A stretch of 62,337 nt of DNA, filler included, from Nitrospirae bacterium CG2_30_53_67 (lineage in GTDB: Bacteria; CG2-30-53-67), in assembly GCA_001873285.1 (NCBI GenBank). It is 5 parts of 5 records of this genome, joined end to end, with 100 filler letters (N's around TTAATTAATTAA, not from the genome) between each part and the next. Parts side by side here need not be neighbours in the genome. Positions count along the whole stretch, not along the records: positions 35,738 to 62,337 come from MNYV01000142.1; 4 more parts are not named here. The stretch is one strand, 5' to 3'. Of this stretch, positions 49,823 through 58,275 are shown in pieces. Each line of letters starts with the position of its first letter. The stretch's first letter is position 1. Below the pieces are notes generated by a model, which did no database searches, was not told the DNA's origin, and worked only from the letters and a program-made list of their open reading frames with translations. Position numbers and translations under genes: made by a program.

Positions 49823-50615
49823 ACGGGTGCTTACCGCCCTGGTCGGTCTCCCGCTCTTTATCCTTCTGATCTTCCGCGGGTCTCCATCTCTTTTTTTCTT
49901 CTCAGTTCTGATCGTCGCCTTACAGGGGCAGAATGAATTCTACCATCTCCTGGAGAGCGGGGAAGTGCGGCTGCAGAAATTTCTCGGCCTGCTCATGGGA
50001 GCGCTTCTGCTGATCGGTTTTTACACCGAGGACGGCCGGCTCGTTGCGGCGTCCATCTCCCTGTTCCTGATCCTGATCCTGGTGTTCAGGACCTTGTCCA
50101 TGCGTGACGTGGCCCAGGCCGCCAAGGAAATCGGGGTGACCTTCTTCGGCTTATTTTATGTCTCTTATTTTCTCGGATACCTGATCCTGATCCGCGGCCA
50201 GGAACACGGCCGAGCATGGATCTTCTTTCTGTTCCTTGTGATATGGGCCGGAGATACCGGCGCCTACTATCTCGGGCGCCGTTTCGGTAAACACAAGCTG
50301 TTTTTGAAGATCAGTCCCAAGAAGACCTGGGAGGGCGCGGTTGGAGGACTTGCCTGCAGCCTGGCGGCGTCTGCGGTTGGGCAGTATTTTCTCTTTCCGG
50401 CGAATGATCTCAATCATATGGTCCTCTTGGGCGGCGGGCTGGGACTCATCGGGCAAATCGGGGACCTGGCCGAGTCTCTCCTTAAAAGGTCATCCGGGTT
50501 CAAGGATTCCGGTTCTGTTTTTCCCGGACACGGGGGTATCCTGGACCGTTTTGACAGTATCCTCCTTGCATCTCCGGTTCTTTATTACGCGGTATGGTTC
50601 GGGGTTTATGATTGA
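49812..50615 (+). CDS. cdsA: Phosphatidate cytidylyltransferase
   Basis: SPKKTWEG, GDLAESLLKR..GFKDSG..FPGHGGILDRFDS. Confidence 0.96.
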   Translation: MPSKRVLTALVGLPLFILLIFRGSPSLFFFSVLIVALQGQNEFYHLLESGEVRLQKFLGLLMGALLLIGFYTEDGRLVAASISLFLILILVFRTLSMRDVAQAAKEIGVTFFGLFYVSYFLGYLILIRGQEHGRAWIFFLFLVIWAGDTGAYYLGRRFGKHKLFLKISPKKTWEGAVGGLACSLAASAVGQYFLFPANDLNHMVLLGGGLGLIGQIGDLAESLLKRSSGFKDSGSVFPGHGGILDRFDSILLASPVLYYAVWFGVYD

Positions 50616-50645
50616 GGTTCTCATCGTCTATTCTATTTCGAGACG

Positions 50646-51854
50646 ATGAACAGCAGGGGCCCTATGGGATCGAATGCCAAACAAAGGGTTGTGATCCTCG
50701 GCGCCACGGGCTCGGTCGGCGTGAACACGCTGAGGGTGATCGAGCAGTTTCCGGAACGATTTGAGGTTCTCGGACTCACCGCCTATCGAAATGTGAAGCT
50801 TCTTGCCGAGCAGGTGAGACGGTTCAACCCGAGGCGGGTCTCAGTGGGGACTCAAGAGGATGCGGAAGATCTTGCCGCCTCTCTAATGATGCCGTCCGTG
50901 CGGATCGGTTACGGCGTGGAGGACCTGGTAGAGATTGCCGCCCTCAAGGGGGCCGACCTGGTGGTCTCTTCGATTGTAGGGGCGGCCGGGCTGGTCCCGA
51001 CGCTCACCGCCATACGGGCGGGGAAGAGGATTGCGCTGGCCAACAAAGAGACCCTGGTCATAGCAGGGCGTCTGGTGATGGAGGAGGCGGCAAGGCACGG
51101 CTCCGAGATCATCCCTGTGGACAGCGAGCACAGCGCGATCTTTCAGTGCCTGGCCGGTGAGGATAAAGAGAAAGTTCGGCGTCTGATCCTCACGGCCTCC
51201 GGAGGGCCCTTCCACGGTTTTTCCCCGCAAGACATGGACCGGGTCACGCCCGAGGATGCCCTCCGGCACCCGAAATGGGACATGGGGCGGAAGATCAGTA
51301 TCGATTCGGCATCGCTCATGAACAAAGGCCTGGAGGTCATCGAGGCCCGATGGCTTTTTGATATCCCGGTGGACCGTATAGAGGTTCTGGTGCATCCCCA
51401 GAGCATCGTCCATTCCATGGTGGAGTTTGTCGATGGCTCGGTCCTGGCACAGATGGGGAATCCGGACATGCGTCTCCCGATCTCCTATGCCCTGGGTTAT
51501 CCGGACCGGCTTCCGACCGGGCTTATGCCCCTTGATCTCGTGCGCAACGGGCCGCTCACCTTCATGCCGCCCGATCAGGAAAAGTTCCCCTGTCTCAGCC
51601 TCGCCTATGAGGCGATCCGGGCCGGCGGGCTCATGCCCGCCGTTCTGAACGCCGCGAATGAGGTTGCCGTGGAGGCGTTCCTGAGTCGGAAACTTGATTT
51701 TTCGGAGATCGCCGAGATCATACGAGAGACCATGATGACTCTGAATGTTGAGAATTATACCACGATTGAAGACGTGCTCCGGACGGATTTGAAGGCCAGG
51801 AAGGCGGCCAGGGAGGTGATTTCAAAACGAAAAAAAAGCGCTAAAGAATCCTGA
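50646..51854 (+). CDS. dxr: 1-deoxy-D-xylulose-5-phosphate reductoisomerase
   Basis: LGATGSVG, LANKE, PVDSEH, LTASGGPF, NKGLEVIEA. Confidence 0.97.
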   Translation: MNSRGPMGSNAKQRVVILGATGSVGVNTLRVIEQFPERFEVLGLTAYRNVKLLAEQVRRFNPRRVSVGTQEDAEDLAASLMMPSVRIGYGVEDLVEIAALKGADLVVSSIVGAAGLVPTLTAIRAGKRIALANKETLVIAGRLVMEEAARHGSEIIPVDSEHSAIFQCLAGEDKEKVRRLILTASGGPFHGFSPQDMDRVTPEDALRHPKWDMGRKISIDSASLMNKGLEVIEARWLFDIPVDRIEVLVHPQSIVHSMVEFVDGSVLAQMGNPDMRLPISYALGYPDRLPTGLMPLDLVRNGPLTFMPPDQEKFPCLSLAYEAIRAGGLMPAVLNAANEVAVEAFLSRKLDFSEIAEIIRETMMTLNVENYTTIEDVLRTDLKARKAAREVISKRKKSAKES

Positions 51855-51900
51855 CCATTTTCCGATAAGGCGCTTGAAATCCTGTATCAGGAGGAACCCT

Positions 51901-52272
51901 ATGCTTTTCGGAGAGTTTTTAATCAAAAGGGGAGTGGCCACAGAGGAGCAGATCGTCAAGGCGCTTGACGAGCAGAAGAAGATCAGGCTTCCGCTCGGCA
52001 CCGTGGCCGTTACGAATCATTTTCTCAGCATCAAGGATGTGTATGCGGTTCTGAACAGACAGGTCGAAGACCCTGAAAAAAAGTTCGGAGAGATTGCCTT
52101 GGAACTGGGGCTCCTGACCGAGCAAGAGCTTGATAAGATTATTGAACTTCAGTATGAGAAGAACCCCAATATCGGAGAGATCCTGGTCAGGCGCGGTGTT
52201 CTAAACAAAGAGCGTCTATTTGAAGAGTTGAATGCCTTTGTCAGGATCAAGGGAGCGGTTCTCTCGGAGTAA
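51901..52272 (+). CDS. Stand-alone MshEN/GspE N-terminal-like repeat protein
   Basis: Four (F/L/I)GxxxxxxGxxxxxxLxxxLxxQ-like repeats. Confidence 0.6.
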   Translation: MLFGEFLIKRGVATEEQIVKALDEQKKIRLPLGTVAVTNHFLSIKDVYAVLNRQVEDPEKKFGEIALELGLLTEQELDKIIELQYEKNPNIGEILVRRGVLNKERLFEELNAFVRIKGAVLSE

Positions 52273-52333
52273 GTTCCGATCATTACAGACGATTTTCCAT
52301 CCCCTCCTTATGCAGTTTAAGTCTTGAGCCTAA

Positions 52334-52519
52334 GAGGTCCTATTCGTAAATACGGTGGCATTCGAGCCTGCCTGTGCCATGGCAGACAGGTGCCGTAGGG
52401 CGGGCTCATCGGCGTTCCGCTCCTTGCGGTGTACCAGAGGGGTACGCCTCAGTCGCGCGCCTTGATGCGTCCGCCCTACGACCCTCTCGGTACGTCACCC
52501 TGTTTACGAACAGGACCAC
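52334..52519 (-). mobile_element. MITE-like family A copy with a 24-bp micro-hairpin insertion
   Basis: TIRs, TAA duplication. Confidence 0.9.
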
Positions 52520-52692
52520 TAAGTGGCCCGTTTAAGACCCGGCCTCTCTCTGACGCGTTCACCCCGTAAGACGTTTGTTTTCTGATATTGCGTTTGTTTT
52601 CATCCTTTATTTGTGTTAAGTTATATCAAATCAGCGCTCTTTTCAGGCATGGAAAGACTTTGCCAGTAATGAGAATTTTTTAAGGATCGGAT

Positions 52693-54390
52693 ATGTCATC
52701 TTATGCAGCCGTCATGTTGTTGGATTTTTCATTTTTAAGGGCTTTTGGCGCAGAGCATCCCACCCTGCTCAGTATATTTGCCTTTATCGTGGTCCTGGGC
52801 GTTCTGATCTTCGTTCACGAACTGGGGCATTTCATCCTGGCCAAATATTTCGGGGTAGGGGTGGAGAAGTTCTCACTCGGATTCGGACCCAGGATCTTCG
52901 GCAAGAGTTATGGGGGGACCGAATATTTGATCTCCGCCGTTCCCCTCGGCGGGTATGTAAAAATGATCGGAGAAGATCCCAAGGAGCCCTTGCCCCCCGA
53001 AGACCAGAAGCGCTCCTTTAACAACCAGCACGTGATGAAACGTTTCCTGATCGTAGCCGCAGGGCCTGCATTCAACCTCCTTTTTGCAGTCATCGTCTTT
53101 CTGGGGATGTTCATGATCGGTTACCCTTCGGACGACACCACGATCGGATGGGTCGAGAGGAACTCAGCCGCATGGGAGGCCGGCCTCCGGTCCGGAGACC
53201 GGGTCCTGGCCGTGAACGGAGAGCAGATCCGACTGTGGGAGGATCTTTCCAAACGGATCAGGGAGAGCAAGGCCCAGGCGCTTTCCCTTGAGGCCGTCAG
53301 GGACAGCGGCGGATTCAAGGTTGTGGTTCAGCCTGAAATCACGGAAGGGAAAAATCTGTTCGGCGAAGACGAGAAACGTCCCTACATCGGCATACAGCAC
53401 CAGACTCTCGGCCCGGTTGTGGGCCTGCTGTCCCCTCTCTCCCCGGCCGGGAGGGCCGGTTTCAAGACAGGGGATCTCATTTTGAGCGTGAATGGGGAGG
53501 AGGTCGAGAGTATCCCTCTCCTTGAAAAGATCATTATGCGCCATCTTGGGAATCGTATGCAGTTCGAGGTCGAGCAGGACGGCAAAAAGATTCCGATGAG
53601 CGTCGTCCTGACGCAGCCCGAGATCGAATCGCTTCAGAAGGGGGGAGAGTACCAGGTCTTGGAGAGATTCGGCCTGGCCTATGCGGAACTGTTCGTCCGG
53701 CAGGTGACCTCAGGTTCCCCGGCAGAGAAAGCCGGGATCAAGGCCGGTGATCTCATCAACGGAATAGACGGCAGACCGGTTTACACTTTTGCAGAACTTC
53801 AGGAGAAGATCAGCAGGAAGCCCGGCATCCCCATGAGGTTGAAGATAGTCAGAGCAGGCGTGAGCTTGATGCTCACGGTCACTCCGAATGCGGTAACCGA
53901 GAAGGATGCTCTGGGGAACAAGGTCTCCGTAGGGAAGATCGGGATATTAAGCGCCCATTATCCGAAGCCCGGCCCCACCATTCTGGTGCGATACAATCCA
54001 TTCACAGCGCTTGAGAAGTCGCTGGCCATGACCGGAGAGTTCATCGTCCTGATCCTGATCAGCCTGGTCAAACTGATCCAGCAGGTCATTCCCGTTGAGA
54101 CCATGGGCGGGCCCATCATGATCGCCCAGCTTGCGGGCCAGCAGATCCAGTACGGGGTTCTGGAACTCTTCAAGTTCATGGCGCTGATCAGCATCAATCT
54201 GGGAATCCTGAACCTTCTTCCCATTCCGATTCTGGACGGGGGGCATATTCTCTTTTTCGCCATTGAAGGGGTTCTTGGACACCCGCTCAGTATGAAGAAG
54301 CGGGAGATTGCCCAGCAAGTCGGCCTTTTTCTTCTGGTTTTTCTCATCCTCTTTGTAACGTACAATGACATTATGAGATTATTCGGTTAG
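52693..54390 (+). CDS. rseP: RIP metalloprotease RseP with three PDZ domains
   Basis: HELGH, PLGGYVKM, AGPAFN, NLLPIPILDGG. Confidence 0.96.
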   Translation: MSSYAAVMLLDFSFLRAFGAEHPTLLSIFAFIVVLGVLIFVHELGHFILAKYFGVGVEKFSLGFGPRIFGKSYGGTEYLISAVPLGGYVKMIGEDPKEPLPPEDQKRSFNNQHVMKRFLIVAAGPAFNLLFAVIVFLGMFMIGYPSDDTTIGWVERNSAAWEAGLRSGDRVLAVNGEQIRLWEDLSKRIRESKAQALSLEAVRDSGGFKVVVQPEITEGKNLFGEDEKRPYIGIQHQTLGPVVGLLSPLSPAGRAGFKTGDLILSVNGEEVESIPLLEKIIMRHLGNRMQFEVEQDGKKIPMSVVLTQPEIESLQKGGEYQVLERFGLAYAELFVRQVTSGSPAEKAGIKAGDLINGIDGRPVYTFAELQEKISRKPGIPMRLKIVRAGVSLMLTVTPNAVTEKDALGNKVSVGKIGILSAHYPKPGPTILVRYNPFTALEKSLAMTGEFIVLILISLVKLIQQVIPVETMGGPIMIAQLAGQQIQYGVLELFKFMALISINLGILNLLPIPILDGGHILFFAIEGVLGHPLSMKKREIAQQVGLFLLVFLILFVTYNDIMRLFG

Positions 54391-54396
54391 TCAGTC

Positions 54397-54553
54397 TTGA
54401 TGAACTCGTAAAAAGTTCATCAGTGAGACGGCACAGTAAAAAGCTCCGGATGCAAGGCGCGCGAGTCCTGAGGAATGAGGCGTACTGAGAGGTACGCTGC
54501 AATGACGAAGGATGAAGCGCAACACAGCAGGCGGACTTTTTACGAAGCCGTCA
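54397..54553 (+). mobile_element. MITE-like family B copy 3
   Basis: TGATGAACTCGTAAAAAGT ... ACTTTTTACGAAGCCGTCA, GTCT duplication. Confidence 0.85.
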
Positions 54554-54579
54554 GTCTTGCCGGGGTGACACGGGCGACT

Positions 54580-55650
54580 ATGGAAATCAAGAGAAGAAAG
54601 ACCCGTCAGATCCGCGTCGGGAATATCCTGATCGGGGGAGGCGCCCCGGTTACGGTCCAGTCCATGTGCAGTACCGATACACGGGATGCCGGGGCCACCG
54701 CGGCACAGATCATCCGGCTCCAGGATGCAGGGTGCGACCTGGTCAGGGTCGCGGTTCCGGACCAGGATGCAGCCAGGGCCCTGTCAAAGATCAAAGAGAA
54801 GATCAGTATCCCGCTGATTGCAGATATCCATTTCGACTACCGCCTCGCCCTTGAATCTGTCGAGCGAGGTGCGGACGCCTTGCGGATCAACCCCGGTAAC
54901 ATCGGTAAACCCGAGAGGGTTGAGGCCGTGGTCAGGGCGGCTATGAGCCGGGGGATCCCCATCCGGATCGGGGTCAATGCCGGGTCCCTGGAACCTGAGT
55001 TATGGGAGAAATACGGCGGCCCCACGCCGGAGGCCATGGTGGAGAGCGCCCTCCATCATATCCGATTCTTTGAGAGTCTGGATTTCAGAGAGATCAAGAT
55101 CTCACTTAAGGCCTCGGACGTGAAGAGGACCGTGGAGGCCTACCGCCTGATGGCTGATCTGACCGACTATCCGCTCCATATCGGGATCACGGAAGCGGGG
55201 ACCCTTGTCCCCGGCGCCGTCAAGTCTTCGGTGGGGCTGGGGATCCTTCTATCCCAGGGCATCGGGGATACCCTCAGGGTCTCTTTGACCGAAGACCCGG
55301 TGCAGGAGGTCAGAGTCGGTATGGAGATCCTCAAGTCCCTAAGACTCAGGGAGGCGGGGCCGGTCATGATCTCCTGCCCCACCTGCGGGAGGTGTGAGAT
55401 CGACCTTATCGGTCTGGCCCATGATGTGGAAGAAAGACTCTCCCGTCTGAAGACCCCGCTCGATGTCGCCGTCATGGGATGCGTGGTCAACGGCCCCGGC
55501 GAGGCCAGGGAGGCCGACTTCGGCATTGCCGGCGGCAAAGGCGTGGGACTGATCTTCCGCAAGGGGAAGATCGTTCGCAAGGTCAGAGAGGAAGACCTTG
55601 CGGATGCGCTCATGGAAGAGATCCGGAAGACAATAGGCAGTGGGCAGTAG
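54580..55650 (+). CDS. ispG: HMBPP synthase IspG
   Basis: [35 protein letters not shown]. Confidence 0.97.
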   Translation: MEIKRRKTRQIRVGNILIGGGAPVTVQSMCSTDTRDAGATAAQIIRLQDAGCDLVRVAVPDQDAARALSKIKEKISIPLIADIHFDYRLALESVERGADALRINPGNIGKPERVEAVVRAAMSRGIPIRIGVNAGSLEPELWEKYGGPTPEAMVESALHHIRFFESLDFREIKISLKASDVKRTVEAYRLMADLTDYPLHIGITEAGTLVPGAVKSSVGLGILLSQGIGDTLRVSLTEDPVQEVRVGMEILKSLRLREAGPVMISCPTCGRCEIDLIGLAHDVEERLSRLKTPLDVAVMGCVVNGPGEAREADFGIAGGKGVGLIFRKGKIVRKVREEDLADALMEEIRKTIGSGQ

Positions 55651-55740
55651 GCAGGTCTCCCCTTGCCGGTGTCTTTTATATTTTTCAGTTTTTCCCTGTA
55701 TGCTATCTACTGACTACTGTCTACTTGGGTTGAGTTCTCC

Positions 55741-56391
55741 ATGCGCGACAGCGATATTGATGCGGTGATCCGCATTCTCAAACAGGAGGTCCGCAAATGG
55801 AAGGAGCCTATTGTGAGCAGGGTGGCCGAACAGAGCCGGGACCCTTTTCAGATCCTGATCTCCTGCATCCTTTCGCTCCGGACACAGGACGGGACCACGG
55901 CCGCCGCATCGGAGAGGCTTTTTCGCGTTGCGAAGACACCCGAGGCGCTTTTGAGGCTCACTGTAAAAAAGATCGAGCGGCTGATCTATCCGGTGGGTTT
56001 CTACCGGGTCAAGGCCGGGAACATCAGGACGATCTCAAAGAGATTGATCGAGTTCTATGATTCAAAAGTCCCGAATGAGATTGATGAACTCCTGAAACTT
56101 CCGGGTGTGGGAAGGAAGACCGCCAACCTGGTGGTGACCATCGGATACAACAAGTACGGCATCTGTGTGGACACACATGTGCACCGGATCACGAACCGGT
56201 GGGGATACGTCAAGACAGGATCACCGGAGAAGACGGAATTCGCCCTCCGGGAGAAACTTCCCAGGAAACACTGGAAGATCATCAATGATCTGCTGGTGAC
56301 CTACGGGCAGAACCTCTGCCGGCCCATGAGGCCGCATTGCGGGGAATGCCGGATCTTCCGGTATTGTGACAGGGTGGGTGTGGAAGGATAA
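55741..56391 (+). CDS. nth: Endonuclease III
   Basis: LPGVGRKTAN, VDTHVHRI, CxxxxxxCxxCxxxxxC. Confidence 0.95.
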   Translation: MRDSDIDAVIRILKQEVRKWKEPIVSRVAEQSRDPFQILISCILSLRTQDGTTAAASERLFRVAKTPEALLRLTVKKIERLIYPVGFYRVKAGNIRTISKRLIEFYDSKVPNEIDELLKLPGVGRKTANLVVTIGYNKYGICVDTHVHRITNRWGYVKTGSPEKTEFALREKLPRKHWKIINDLLVTYGQNLCRPMRPHCGECRIFRYCDRVGVEG

Positions 56392-56415
56392 GGAAAGATT
56401 AAATATCGAAAATTT

Positions 56416-56610
56416 AAGATCATCTCCAAAATAGTGAGTGAGAACATCAGGGGTCAAGGGGTCAAGGATTCCAGGGGTCAAGTGAAGTGCTAAAAACATA
56501 AGGGGCCGAGGGTCCTAGGGGTCAAGGGTTCCAGTATTTTTCTCTGGAGATTTTGCTTGAGTTTCAATATTTCACTTGAACCCTTGGCCCCTGGAATCCT
56601 CGAACCCTTT
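56416..56610 (+). repeat. Family C element (full form)
   Basis: GATCATCTCCAAAATAGTGAGTGAGAACATCAGGGGTCAAG... core ... CTTGAACCCTTGGCCCCTGGAATCCTCGAACCC. Confidence 0.88.
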
Positions 56611-56643
56611 TTACCTGTATTTTTTCTTACGGGATGTACATAT

Positions 56644-57135
56644 ATGGAAGATTTTTACGCGGATCCCCAAGTCAAACAATATCTCTCCAAGGTCAACGAG
56701 GACATTGGGCGGGGAAGGATGAGTCCGGAGACCTTCAGAGAAGACTTTTCCTTTCATCAGGCCCTGATCCAGAGGGCCGAGCTTGATCTGCAGAAAGAGG
56801 TGTTGAGTCTGGAGATCGAGTGCAAGGACTGGCTCAAGGAGAACACCGGCGCCGCCAACCCCTATCTCGCCCACAGGCTGAACTTTCATGATGTGGTGCA
56901 GATCTACTACAAGAATCGGGAGCCGAGGGTCGAGCCGAGGATCTTCGATCTCCAGGCGCTGACCATCTCCGATTTTCTGATCGAGGCCAAAGACCTGTAC
57001 GCGAACCGGGTTCCGGCCGGACGCAAGCCGATTCTTCTGGATATCCAGATGCCGCTCGAGGATTCGGAGATGATCATCCTCTGTTCCGAATTCGAGGTCT
57101 ATGCGGGGGACCGCATGGTCATCGTGGGGCCGTAG
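56644..57135 (+). CDS. Hypothetical protein between two family C elements
   Basis: 163-aa ORF with host-like codon usage; no recognised family. Confidence 0.7.
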   Translation: MEDFYADPQVKQYLSKVNEDIGRGRMSPETFREDFSFHQALIQRAELDLQKEVLSLEIECKDWLKENTGAANPYLAHRLNFHDVVQIYYKNREPRVEPRIFDLQALTISDFLIEAKDLYANRVPAGRKPILLDIQMPLEDSEMIILCSEFEVYAGDRMVIVGP

Positions 57136-57196
57136 CCGCACACTTAGGCATTCCAGCCGCCTTTACACTGACTCGCCGCTGTGTTATTATAAAATA

Positions 57197-57393
57197 GGTT
57201 CTTCTCCAAAAGAGTGGGTGAAAACAAAAGGGGCCAAGGGGTCAAGGGTTCCAGGGGTCAAGTGAAGTACTAAAAACATAAGAGGCCGGGGAATCCAGTG
57301 TTTTTCTCTGGAGATTTTGTTTGCATTTCACTATTCCACTTGAACCCTCGAAACCTTGAACCCTTGAACCCTTGAACCCTTGAACCCTTGAAC
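57197..57393 (+). repeat. Family C element ending in (CCTTGAAC)-type heptamer tandem array
   Basis: GGTTCTTCTCCAAAAGAGTGGGTGAAAAC...; five tandem TTGAACCC units at ~57356-57393. Confidence 0.88.
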
Positions 57394-57437
57394 TTTTATG
57401 TCTCTATGGAGATTAGCCCCATAAGAGAGGTTCATCC

Positions 57438-58091
57438 ATGCTGAAGGCTGATTTTCATATACACACCGATTCAGACCCCCTGGATCGTATCCGTTACTCC
57501 AACGAGGAGATCATCAACCTTGCGTCGGGAAAAGGGTATGATGTCCTTTCCATTACGAATCATGGGGTGATCACATTCGACGAGGAACTCAAGGAGTATG
57601 CCTGGAGCCGGGGTATTCTCCTCATGCCCGGCGTGGAACTGACGGTGGAAGGCAAGCATGTCATCCTGATCAACGCTCGGCCTGAACACCAGTCCATCCG
57701 TAATTTTCATGACCTGCGGGAAGTCAGATCCGAGGACCTCCTGATCATCGCCCCGCACCCCTTCTTCCCGAAACCATACTGCCTCAACGGAAGTTTTGAG
57801 CGGAATCAGGAGATCTTCGACGCCGTGGAGTTCTCCCATTTTTACCATCCCCTGATTAATTTCAACAAAAAGGCGGTGCAGGTCTGCAGCGTCAAGGGGA
57901 TTCCCCTGATCGGTTCTTCGGACACCCACCTCATCCGCCAGTTCAACACGACCTGGACCCTGGTTGATGCGGTCAAAGAGCCTCTCTCCGTGGTCCGTGC
58001 CGTCCGCTCCGGCAGGGTCGAACTCGTGACCCATCCCTTGAGTCTCCTTGAACTGGCCATCGTGGGTTTCCATATCTCCCGGATCAGTTGA
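57438..58091 (+). CDS. PHP-domain metallophosphoesterase
   Basis: DFHIHT, SITNH, PGVE, APHPF, SSDTH. Confidence 0.88.
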   Translation: MLKADFHIHTDSDPLDRIRYSNEEIINLASGKGYDVLSITNHGVITFDEELKEYAWSRGILLMPGVELTVEGKHVILINARPEHQSIRNFHDLREVRSEDLLIIAPHPFFPKPYCLNGSFERNQEIFDAVEFSHFYHPLINFNKKAVQVCSVKGIPLIGSSDTHLIRQFNTTWTLVDAVKEPLSVVRAVRSGRVELVTHPLSLLELAIVGFHISRIS

Positions 58092-58177
58092 TTCCTGTTG
58101 CAATCCAGCCCCGTTTCTGTTAAATAATGATGAAATTTATAAATGAAGAATAAATGCCCTATATACACTAAGGTTAT

Positions 58178-58232
58178 CCCATCACCCTCCCCTCTCCCCC
58201 TTTGAAGGGGGAGAGGATAAAGGTGAGGGGGT
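58178..58232. repeat. REP-like hairpin (CCCTCACC...TCTCCCC/GGGGAGAG...GGTGAGGG)
   Basis: CCCATCACCCTCCCCTCTCCCCCTTTGAAGGGGGAGAGGATAAAGGTGAGGGGG. Confidence 0.6.
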
Positions 58233-58275
58233 TCGAGAAACATAGTTTGATTCCTGATTTCTAAAGGTCTATCCT

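Noticed and set aside
57350..57393. Tandem repeats as a possible CRISPR array
   Set aside because: Short heptamer-type units without unique spacers; no cas genes in the window
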